DNA from: Bdellovibrionales bacterium RIFOXYD12_FULL_39_22
GTDB taxonomy: Bacteria > Bdellovibrionota > Bacteriovoracia > Bacteriovoracales > Bacteriovoracaceae
Direction: 5' to 3'
Length of the DNA stretch: 64,000 nt
NCBI GenBank assembly: GCA_001770205.1
Contig: MEQL01000012.1
Location: 1-64,000, forward strand
In this document: in pieces, positions 46,836-55,538 of the stretch
Layout of the letters: each line of letters starts with the position of its first letter
Position numbering within the stretch: position 1 is the first letter of the stretch
Translations under genes and position numbers: made by a program
Notes under the pieces: model-generated
Seen by the model: only the letters and a program-made list of their open reading frames with translations
Told to the model about the DNA's origin: nothing
The model's database searches: none

Positions 46836-48581
46836 ATGAGCATTATTAAAATTATTTCCCAAATTGTGATGCTGGCGTTTATCTTTGTGCTTGCCAGCTG
46901 TATAGAGGGCTTTAGTGGTCGTGCCGGCCGGCCACTCATTGAAGATCTCTCTAAAATTCCGCCAACAATCTACTGCACCGGCAAAAGTGACGATGCAATA
47001 GATTGCGTAGAAAACTATTGCACCGGAGCGGCCGATGATCCCACCGATTGTATTAATAATTTTTGCACCGGAATAACGGCACAAGATAACGCCTCCTGTG
47101 TAGAAAACTGGTGCACAGGAAATGAGGAACAAGATAACGTCAAGTGTGTAATCAAAAAAGTTACTCGTCCCACTGATGCTCTTTTCATTGATCGCAACTA
47201 CTGTTCATGCAAAAGCGGCAAACCCGATATTCAAAACAGCTGTACCTATACTTGCGCTTCTGAAAAGGCCAATACGGCAATTGCCACTTTATATATGACC
47301 TTTTCGCTCGGGGCAGAAATAGAACTAAATGAACTTTTAGGCTCTACAAAAAATTGGTGCGAAGTAAAAATCAATGATGGAAATAAGGCCCCATCATGCA
47401 AATTAGTATTTTCTGATGGAATTAATGAGATTGAATTAACCCCCACCTGGACGGGGGCCAACTCGATAACAGTCAATTTGTTCGATGATCAAATAGCTTA
47501 TGATAAAACCTATCTGGCATTCCTTCGAGAATCTACCTCCATGGCCTCCTCTGATTTTGTCCATGTGCGCAGAGTTAAGCAAGATAGCAGCTACACCGCC
47601 TTCGATGACTACGGTACCATAAAAATCATGCCGACCTCTCAATACAGTTGCATGCGACGCTCCGGATCAGACTCTGCCGATGGAACAGAGCACTACTACA
47701 ACACCGCCTATGCCTATCACTACTACTTCCCATACAATGAAACACCCGACTCTCTGCCGCCAGGATCAACCTATGTTTACTGTCATGACATAACTCTATC
47801 ACCCAATGACTCTCCAGATCTACCTCGCTTAGAGTTGATCCCTCAGGCCTTTAGTCTATGGGACAAAAGCGATCTGCGCTTTTATAAAAGCATTGATCAA
47901 CAGCATCTGGATATTAATTTAATTATCCAGAAAAAATTAGAAAGTGATTATGACGTATCTTTCAGTAGTGCCGGAGCAGTCTCTATTTTTGGAGAATTTC
48001 GCTGGTGGAATACGCCTCCTGAAGTAGTAACCCAGACCTCACCCAATAGTGGTTCTAGCTCTTCTTCTACTCCACTTTTGGGATTTTTTATGAAGGCCTG
48101 GATTGATCAGTCCAACTATGGCCGCGGATTTTGTCCTACGCAAACCCATTACAACGGCAGTGACCCTTACTTTAAAGTTTTAAAGGAGCTAGTTGGCGTG
48201 GATACTGAAGGAATTTATATTGGACAACGTGAGGCACTTCCAGAATATGATTCTACTGGTGCCATTGTGTATGAAGATGGCGTGGCACAAACTGCACCGG
48301 CCGATTATTTGCTAATAAGAGAGAGTATGTTAAAAAAAATCTGGTTTTATACCATCAGTGGGAAATATTACACACCTACTGATATTACGGCCGCAAGCAA
48401 CACTATCAAATTCTATTGGCCGCCTGATGTTGAATATCCCTACGTAAAAAAATCCTATCAATACGTCTACACTATCAAATCACCAGAAACATTAAATATG
48501 GATGAATCCCAAACCAGGATCTTTCCGGCCCCTCCCGATAAACGCTTTGGCTGTGTACCGAAAATGAATCTCTCTCAATAA
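46836..48581 (+). CDS. Cysteine-rich lipoprotein of unknown function
   Basis: Lipobox LASC, four N-terminal (Y/F/W)CTG-x7-8-C repeats, many additional Cys. Confidence 0.75.
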   Translation: MSIIKIISQIVMLAFIFVLASCIEGFSGRAGRPLIEDLSKIPPTIYCTGKSDDAIDCVENYCTGAADDPTDCINNFCTGITAQDNASCVENWCTGNEEQDNVKCVIKKVTRPTDALFIDRNYCSCKSGKPDIQNSCTYTCASEKANTAIATLYMTFSLGAEIELNELLGSTKNWCEVKINDGNKAPSCKLVFSDGINEIELTPTWTGANSITVNLFDDQIAYDKTYLAFLRESTSMASSDFVHVRRVKQDSSYTAFDDYGTIKIMPTSQYSCMRRSGSDSADGTEHYYNTAYAYHYYFPYNETPDSLPPGSTYVYCHDITLSPNDSPDLPRLELIPQAFSLWDKSDLRFYKSIDQQHLDINLIIQKKLESDYDVSFSSAGAVSIFGEFRWWNTPPEVVTQTSPNSGSSSSSTPLLGFFMKAWIDQSNYGRGFCPTQTHYNGSDPYFKVLKELVGVDTEGIYIGQREALPEYDSTGAIVYEDGVAQTAPADYLLIRESMLKKIWFYTISGKYYTPTDITAASNTIKFYWPPDVEYPYVKKSYQYVYTIKSPETLNMDESQTRIFPAPPDKRFGCVPKMNLSQ

Positions 48582-48592
48582 TCTGCTATGGA

Positions 48593-49519
48593 TTACGCGG
48601 CCTTCTTCTTGCCCAGAAAAAATTTCTCAAACGCAATGGTTACTGCGGCCGCAACATAGATAGAAGAATAAGTTCCCACGATAATACCCAGCGACATAGC
48701 AAAGAAAAAATCGCGAATAGCAATTCCACCTAAAAAATACATCCCCAAACAGGAAAGCAAAGTAGCACCTGAAGTTATAATAGTTCGCGATAAGGTTTCA
48801 CTGGCGGCATTATTAATGTGAGTTTTAATATCTAGGCCAGGATATTGCGCTTCATGCTCTCTAATACGATCGTAGATAATAACCGTATCGTTAACTGAAT
48901 AACCGACAATGGCCAAAACGGCGGCAACGATTTGCAAAGTAAATTCTGTTCCTGTTAGTGAAAAAATTCCCAGGACAATTACCACGTCATGAAAAAGAGC
49001 AATAACCGCACCGGGAGCATATTTAAAATCAAACCGAATTCCCACATAAATCAAGATTGCCATAAGCGCCCAAAAAATGGCCAAAAAGCCAGAATTTCTT
49101 AACTCTGCACCGGCCTTAGGGCCTACGATATCCACCTTGCGAATCTCCACGCCTTGAGCAGCATAAGCAGAAATTAGCGCCTCACTAATTTTTTGAGAAA
49201 TCTCGTTTAGGTTACTATTATCCGCCTGCACTTTAACTAAAAATTCGTTATCTTTCGCCTCTCCAATAGTCTGCACGCTCACCCCTTTAAATTGGGCCAC
49301 ATCCATCGTTTTACGTAATCCATCGATACTAACTTTAGTTTTAAATTTGGTCTGAATCTCAGCACCACCTCTAAAATCTACGCCATAATTCATGCTGGTA
49401 AAAATGCCAATAAGTGAGAGGATAACCAATATTGCCGAAATTGAAGAGGTGTAGATCATCTTGCTAGTAAAATCTATCTTCATCCCTGGTTTTAATATTT
49501 CAAACATTTTCTTTTCCAT
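48593..49519 (-). CDS. secF: Protein translocase subunit SecF
   Basis: GVDFRGG, VGPKAG, HDV, GYSVNDT and ETLSRT motifs. Confidence 0.96.
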   Translation of the reverse strand: MEKKMFEILKPGMKIDFTSKMIYTSSISAILVILSLIGIFTSMNYGVDFRGGAEIQTKFKTKVSIDGLRKTMDVAQFKGVSVQTIGEAKDNEFLVKVQADNSNLNEISQKISEALISAYAAQGVEIRKVDIVGPKAGAELRNSGFLAIFWALMAILIYVGIRFDFKYAPGAVIALFHDVVIVLGIFSLTGTEFTLQIVAAVLAIVGYSVNDTVIIYDRIREHEAQYPGLDIKTHINNAASETLSRTIITSGATLLSCLGMYFLGGIAIRDFFFAMSLGIIVGTYSSIYVAAAVTIAFEKFFLGKKKAA

Positions 49520-49550
49520 CTTATTTTCTCCATTCCATTATATGAGGTAA

Positions 49551-51257
49551 TTAAATACTCAAATCTTGCCCTTCCACCTTGGTCATATAAAATTCAAAGA
49601 AAATTTTACTAACAAAGTAAGAGGTATAAACTGTGGCCGCCAAACCGATCAACAAAGTTACAGCAAATCCACGCACCGGGCCTGTTCCAAAATTTAGCAG
49701 ACATAATCCGGCCAGTGCTGTGGTTATGTTGGCATCTAAAATAGTCCAGAAAGCGTTATCAAAGCCGGCCTCTACCGACTTGTAAAAACTAACTTTTTTG
49801 CGCACCTCTTCGCGAATCCTCTCGTAGATAATAATATTTCCATCCACGGCCATACCGACCGTAAGTGCAATTCCGGCAATTCCTGGAAGTGTTAGCGTGG
49901 CGCCCATGCCTACTAAACAGGCCAAAACAAAAAGAACGTTTAGCACTAGGGTAATTACGGCGATGGCCCCCGAGAGACGATAGTATATTATCGCAAAAAT
50001 AAAGACTAAAACACAGCTAATGATGGATGCCCAACTGGCCCGAGAGATAGAGTCCTGGCCCAAGCTGGGGCCAACAATTCGCTGTTCTAAGAAATCCAAC
50101 TGCACTGGCAAAGCACCTGCCCGCAGCACCAGAGCAATATCTTTGGCCTGTTGTAATAGCGCATTATAGTTTCCGGTACCCAACGTAATTTGCGCACGGC
50201 CTCCACCAATTTTGGCAATAATATTAGGTGCCGTATAAACGTTACCATCTAAAATAACCGCCATGCGTTTACCCACGTTTTCGCCAGTAACTTTTTCAAA
50301 CAGCTTTGCCCCGGAAGATTTAAAATTCATGGAAACATAGGGCTCATTTTTTTGCTGATCAATTTGTACTGAAGCATCTGCTAAATCATCTCCAGTTATA
50401 CGAGGAGCGACATCTACCAAAAAGGGGACTTTGGCCTCTATTTCGTTAGTGATTTTGCTAACTGTCTTCTGGAAAGCAATCTCATAATCTTTGGGCAAAT
50501 CCGCTTTTAAAAACTCATTTACCTTTGACATGTAGTCAGAAAAACGCTCACCTTTTTTATACACTATTCCGGCCTCTTCCGTCCTTTTTATCCAACCGGC
50601 CAGTGTCTCCGCAGAAATTTCGTCATTAACAATCTTAAACTCTAGTTTGGCAGTCTTTCCAATTAACTCTTTAGCTCGTTCAATATCTTTTACTCCCGGC
50701 AACTGTACAATAATACGATCTTTGCCTTGGGAAATAATCTCTGGCTCGGTAACTCCAAACTCATCAATACGATTGCGCACAACTTCGATAGATTTGGAAA
50801 CTGACTGCGACTCAATATAATCCTTCCAAGAGTCTTGCAGTCCAAATTTTAAAGTTGCACCAGACTCATCAGTCATTCTAATTACGTTAGCAAAATATTC
50901 ACGGATTTTTGCCTTGGCCTCTTCCACTTTCTTGGGATCACTTATTATCAGAGTATATTGCGGATCGGTGGGTATTCGCACATCTAACTCTCCCAATTTG
51001 GATTCGATTTTTTGCTCACTCAATTCGTACTCGGCCTTACGCAAGTACCCTTTGATTTCATCTTTGTAGACATTATTGAAATCAATCCCTAAGATCATAT
51101 AAAGGCCACCCTGTAAATCTAGGCCCATATTGATTTTGGAGGTAATAGGAAATTTTGAGTCCTCGTCAAATTTAAAAAGCGTTGGAATAATGGCCATTAT
51201 TGATATGGCCGTGAGAAAAATTAGAAACAAAAAACGATACCACCAGTCCCTTTTCAT
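49551..51257 (-). CDS. secD: Protein translocase subunit SecD
   Basis: GLDLQGG, RNRIDEFGVTEP, LRAGALP, GMAVD and GPVRGFA motifs. Confidence 0.97.
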   Translation of the reverse strand: MKRDWWYRFLFLIFLTAISIMAIIPTLFKFDEDSKFPITSKINMGLDLQGGLYMILGIDFNNVYKDEIKGYLRKAEYELSEQKIESKLGELDVRIPTDPQYTLIISDPKKVEEAKAKIREYFANVIRMTDESGATLKFGLQDSWKDYIESQSVSKSIEVVRNRIDEFGVTEPEIISQGKDRIIVQLPGVKDIERAKELIGKTAKLEFKIVNDEISAETLAGWIKRTEEAGIVYKKGERFSDYMSKVNEFLKADLPKDYEIAFQKTVSKITNEIEAKVPFLVDVAPRITGDDLADASVQIDQQKNEPYVSMNFKSSGAKLFEKVTGENVGKRMAVILDGNVYTAPNIIAKIGGGRAQITLGTGNYNALLQQAKDIALVLRAGALPVQLDFLEQRIVGPSLGQDSISRASWASIISCVLVFIFAIIYYRLSGAIAVITLVLNVLFVLACLVGMGATLTLPGIAGIALTVGMAVDGNIIIYERIREEVRKKVSFYKSVEAGFDNAFWTILDANITTALAGLCLLNFGTGPVRGFAVTLLIGLAATVYTSYFVSKIFFEFYMTKVEGQDLSI

Positions 51258-51361
51258 CTATGTCCCCTTTTGTATTTGAGATTGAATTAGAAAATGATCA
51301 AAAAATAGTTACCTAAAACTATAATTAGTTGATTTCAATTACGCAAGAATTAGTTTGTGGC

Positions 51362-51715
51362 CTATTTTTTGGCCGCTGCTTCCTCTTTTTTCTCAAAAAG
51401 TTTTTGAGAAAGGCCAGCGACTTCGGAACGAATGATTTTAAAACGAATGCCCTCGGCCACTTCCAGAGTGACAAGTTTATCGGTAAGGCCAGTTATTGTT
51501 CCTAAAATTCCTGAACGGGTATAAACCTCGTCTCCCTTATTTAAGGCGGCCAACATGGCCTGTTCTTGCTGCATCTTCTTTTTTTGTGGACGAATCATTA
51601 GAAAATAGAAAATCACAAAGATAATCAAAAGCGGGGCCATCGACATTAGTGGATTCGATTGGGGGGCCGCAGCAGTGGTTTGAGCAAAGGCATCAGAAAA
51701 AAATAGATTAAACAT
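51362..51715 (-). CDS. yajC: Preprotein translocase subunit YajC
   Basis: FYFLMIRPQKK and GDEVYTRSGILG motifs; between tgt and secD. Confidence 0.96.
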   Translation of the reverse strand: MFNLFFSDAFAQTTAAAPQSNPLMSMAPLLIIFVIFYFLMIRPQKKKMQQEQAMLAALNKGDEVYTRSGILGTITGLTDKLVTLEVAEGIRFKIIRSEVAGLSQKLFEKKEEAAAKK

Positions 51716-51743
51716 ATTTCATCTCCTAGGTATGTTGTGAGTC

Positions 51744-52868
51744 TTATTTATCCATCCAACTATTTGAAGAGTAATCGTTATAGAAGTTTACAAAAAAATC
51801 GTCAAATGTATTATTTAAAATCGCCAATCTTATCTGGCGCATGAGTGAAAGATAAAAATAAAGATTGTGGTAGGTAATTAACTGTCCGGCCAAATATTCA
51901 CCAACATTATAGAGATGACGAATATAGGCCCGACTATAGCGCTGACAAACCATACAGTCACAAGTGGGATCTGGGGGAAGTTTATCTTCTAAAAATTTAG
52001 CATTTTTTATATTAAGCGGCCCATGGCGAGTCAGAAACTGGCCATTGCGTGCATTACGGGTAGGTAAGACGCAATCAAACATATCAATACCATTTTTTAC
52101 TCCCTGCAAAATATCCAAAGGCGTTCCCACCCCCATTAAATAGCGCGGCACTGATGCCGGCATGGTAGGAACAAAATTGGCGCAAAACTCTACCATCTCC
52201 TCATTTTTTTCTCCTACCGAAAGGCCACCTAACGCATATCCAGCAAATCCCATCTCCTGCAAGCGCTCAAGACACTCTTTGCGTAGATCATGGTGAAGGC
52301 CTCCCTGCACAATGCCAAAAAGATGTTGATGTGGATGCAAAGAAGAAAGACGACAACGCTGGGCCCAGCGCAAAGTTAGCTCCATACTACTGCGCAAACG
52401 CTCCACGCTGGCCGGCAAGGCCGGACATTCATCAAACGCCATAACAATATCGCTACCTAAGGCCTTTTGAATCTCCATTGATTTCTCTGGCCCAATTAGA
52501 TGATAGGAACCATCAATATGTGATTGAAAGCGTACCCCTTCCTCACTGACCTTATTTATTTCTGATAAAGAGAATACCTGATACCCGCCAGAATCAGTCA
52601 AGATTGGACGATCCCAGGCCATAAACTTATGCAATCCTCCCATCTTTGCCACCAGCTCATGCCCTGGCCGCAAATAGAGGTGATAGGTATTTCCCAAAAT
52701 GATTTGCGCTCCAATGTTTTCTAAATCTGTCTGCGTCATGGTTTTAACTGATCCACGAGTACCCACCGGCATAAAGATAGGAGTTTCAATCTCTCCATGA
52801 ACGGTTTTTATCAAACCGGCCCTGGCCTGATTATTGGAGTGAACTAGAGTAAAAAATGAAGACGGCAT
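51744..52868 (-). CDS. tgt: tRNA-guanine transglycosylase
   Basis: TPIFMPVGT, NTYHL, TDSGG, DMFDCVLPTRNARNG and CDCMVC motifs. Confidence 0.97.
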   Translation of the reverse strand: MPSSFFTLVHSNNQARAGLIKTVHGEIETPIFMPVGTRGSVKTMTQTDLENIGAQIILGNTYHLYLRPGHELVAKMGGLHKFMAWDRPILTDSGGYQVFSLSEINKVSEEGVRFQSHIDGSYHLIGPEKSMEIQKALGSDIVMAFDECPALPASVERLRSSMELTLRWAQRCRLSSLHPHQHLFGIVQGGLHHDLRKECLERLQEMGFAGYALGGLSVGEKNEEMVEFCANFVPTMPASVPRYLMGVGTPLDILQGVKNGIDMFDCVLPTRNARNGQFLTRHGPLNIKNAKFLEDKLPPDPTCDCMVCQRYSRAYIRHLYNVGEYLAGQLITYHNLYFYLSLMRQIRLAILNNTFDDFFVNFYNDYSSNSWMDK

Positions 52869-52875
52869 ATATTCC

Positions 52876-53964
52876 TTAGCGCAAAATCAACATAGCATCA
52901 CCATAAGAAAAAAAGCGGTAATTATGCTCTTTAGCAATTTCATAAAGCTCTAACGTTTTTTCTCTGCCAATGAGTGCGCTTACTAACATTAATAAAGAGG
53001 ATTTAGGTAGATGAAAATTTGTTATAAGGCCATTAATTGTTCTAAATTCATGGCCTGGATAGATAAAAATATCTGTCTCATATAACTGCCCGGCCTTGAT
53101 TGCCAATTGTCCGGATGTCTTATTATAAGCAGACTCTAGACTGCGCAAAGAAGTCGTACCCACTGCGATGAGCGGCCGTTTTTCTTTAAAACAACTTTCT
53201 ATCTTCGATAGTTCCAAGGCCTCCACGAAATAGCGCTCCTTGTGCATCTGATGATTTCTAATCTCTTCGCTTTTAACTGGTGCAAAAGTTCCAACCCCAA
53301 CATGCAGAGTAAGAAAAGCGCGGGTTATATTTTGTTTTTCCAATCTAGCAAATAATTCTTCAGAAAAATGCAGTCCTGCGGTAGGTGCGGCCACAGAACC
53401 AACTTCTTGTGCGAAAATTGTTTGATAACTGTCCAAGTCATCACTATCGGCAATACCTTCCCGAATATATGGGGGGATGGGAACTTTCCCAAATTTTTCT
53501 AAAACAAAGCTCAATTCACGATTAAAAGAGACTAAAAAAGTACCATCTTTGTTAATTACTTCCACCGTTGCTTCGACAATTTCCCCAGGAACTCCCCCGG
53601 CAAAAACAAAAACATCTCCTTCACGTTTTTTGTGAGTAGCACGAATGAGTGCCGGATAGCAATTAGGGTATCGCTTGTCGGTAGTGTGCACATCCAACAA
53701 AAAAATTTCCGCCTTTCCTCCAGAACGCTTTTGCGCCATTAGACGACAGGGAAAAACCTTGCTTCGATTTAAAACCAGTGTAGCTTGCGGTGGAAGATAA
53801 TTACCCAAATCCCAAAATTTCGCATGCGCAATTTCGCCAGTAGTTGCGTTATAGACTAATAGCTTTGAATCATGTCGTGCCTCAGCAGGTTTTTGGGCAA
53901 TAAACTCTGCGGGCAGAGAATAGCCGTAAGATTCTAGCTTCAAATCTTCCATTTTTTGGATCAT
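52876..53964 (-). CDS. queA: SAM:tRNA ribosyltransferase-isomerase
   Basis: PIPPYI, AAPTAGLHF, LHVG, VGTTSLR, TNFHLP and FFSYGD motifs. Confidence 0.97.
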   Translation of the reverse strand: MIQKMEDLKLESYGYSLPAEFIAQKPAEARHDSKLLVYNATTGEIAHAKFWDLGNYLPPQATLVLNRSKVFPCRLMAQKRSGGKAEIFLLDVHTTDKRYPNCYPALIRATHKKREGDVFVFAGGVPGEIVEATVEVINKDGTFLVSFNRELSFVLEKFGKVPIPPYIREGIADSDDLDSYQTIFAQEVGSVAAPTAGLHFSEELFARLEKQNITRAFLTLHVGVGTFAPVKSEEIRNHQMHKERYFVEALELSKIESCFKEKRPLIAVGTTSLRSLESAYNKTSGQLAIKAGQLYETDIFIYPGHEFRTINGLITNFHLPKSSLLMLVSALIGREKTLELYEIAKEHNYRFFSYGDAMLILR

Positions 53965-54161
53965 TCATTTCCTGCTATTTTAAAGAATAGAGCTAAACTT
54001 TTATCGAAAATTTACCAATATGACAACAACGCAAAAAAATGTCAGACTACTAAGCTCCGGCTTTAAAGAAAGATGGTAAGCTTTTTCCATCCAATTATTT
54101 TGTTTGCTTTTAATATGTGCTGCTTTTAATATTAAGATAAATATTCACCTAGGGTTGTTGC

Positions 54162-54539
54162 ATGAACAAGAAGACGCGACGAGAGCGTGCACACTATTGC
54201 ACCAAAGTTGTCATTAAGACATCTGAGAAGATCATTGAATCTTCTACTTCCGACAATATCAGCTTAAACGGAATTTTTGTAGAAAGTAAAGACATTCTCC
54301 CCGTAAATACTAAGTGCAAATTGGAAATAACCCTCAGTGCTTCTACCGACGGAATTAAACTCAAAATGGATGCTAAGGTGGCACGAGTTACCCCCAAAGG
54401 AATGGGACTCTCCTTTGAAGTTATGGATGTCGAAACCTTTCGCCATATCAAAAATCTAGTTATGTATAACTCTGAAGATCCTAACAAGATCATTGATCAA
54501 TGTGAAAAATACCCTGGCTTTAAAATAGAAGATGATTAA
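54162..54539 (+). CDS. PilZ domain protein
   Basis: Arg-rich switch (TRRERA), NISLNG, and ARV...GMGLSF. Confidence 0.85.
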   Translation: MNKKTRRERAHYCTKVVIKTSEKIIESSTSDNISLNGIFVESKDILPVNTKCKLEITLSASTDGIKLKMDAKVARVTPKGMGLSFEVMDVETFRHIKNLVMYNSEDPNKIIDQCEKYPGFKIEDD

Positions 54540-54593
54540 GAGTAATTTTACCCGCTTTTTTTTTATCTAATTCTGCGATAAAATTTCTTATAT

Positions 54594-55514
54594 ATGCCAG
54601 CAAATTGGATGAGCTGTTTGCTCTTATTTTTCTTCCTCTTTACGCTCCCTTTTTTTAAGGCCGCCGCCTACGAGCTTGTTATCATCCAAAATGTCTCACA
54701 ATCTGGCCGATCCTTCGTACTGCACAAAGGAAAAATTGATGGTATTTTACCAGGACAGGAGGCCATGTTCACCTCCCCTAAATTTAGCTTTATTGCCCAG
54801 GCAAAAGAAGTAAGTCGCTATTACTCCGTTTGGCAAATGCCCAATGAATATTCCACCGTCCCCTTTCATAAACACCAATATGTCACCATGTCCAACAATA
54901 AAGATGCCATTTGGCAATCCGTCAACACTCTAAGCAATCAAATAGACCGCATAATCGATAAGAAAGTGGCACAAGATAAGTTTCAAGTGGCCCGCGATGC
55001 CTTTATCATTCGCGCCACCATCTCAAGGGCCGTGGATGAATCCACTAGCAGTACCGGAGCAAATAAAACCGAGTTACGTACCGGAATGCAACTAGAGGCC
55101 TTTTATGAAAATAATTTTTTTCGCCTCATCGAAGTTGGTATCGGCCTTCGCTACGATGAAGAAAATGCCAAAATTCGCGATCCAGCACTTATTATTCCTA
55201 CTACGCGAACACTGGCATTACTGGAATTTACCTATCATTTTTCTCCCTTTACTAAGTCGCAAAAGAGTTTTTACGGGACAATTGGTGGTGGTGTAGGCCG
55301 CTCTAATACCACCATCGCTTCTACCACCACCCAGGGAGTGGTAACTCTTCTCCCCTATGCTCGCATTGGGCTACTGATGCCCATGAATAAAGAGGTGGCC
55401 TTCGTAGCAGAATTGGCGGCAGAGGCCATCTCCATGAAAGAATATTTTGAAGATAATAGCACGCAGGACACTAACATCATAAATAGCAAGCTATCTTTTG
55501 GCATTCGTTTTTAA
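54594..55514 (+). CDS. Hypothetical exported protein with C-terminal outer-membrane beta-barrel
   Basis: Signal peptide, YGTIGGGVG, terminal LSFGIRF. Confidence 0.65.
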   Translation: MPANWMSCLLLFFFLFTLPFFKAAAYELVIIQNVSQSGRSFVLHKGKIDGILPGQEAMFTSPKFSFIAQAKEVSRYYSVWQMPNEYSTVPFHKHQYVTMSNNKDAIWQSVNTLSNQIDRIIDKKVAQDKFQVARDAFIIRATISRAVDESTSSTGANKTELRTGMQLEAFYENNFFRLIEVGIGLRYDEENAKIRDPALIIPTTRTLALLEFTYHFSPFTKSQKSFYGTIGGGVGRSNTTIASTTTQGVVTLLPYARIGLLMPMNKEVAFVAELAAEAISMKEYFEDNSTQDTNIINSKLSFGIRF

Positions 55515-55538
55515 ATATGATAACGTTTACACTTCAAT

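Noticed and set aside
53990..54090. Resemblance to a c-di-GMP-I riboswitch upstream of the PilZ gene (CTAAAC, GAAA, ACGCAAA, CTCCGG, ATGGTA fragments)
   Set aside because: The stem around GAAA does not pair and the spacing is too long. A cmscan hit would be needed to revive it.
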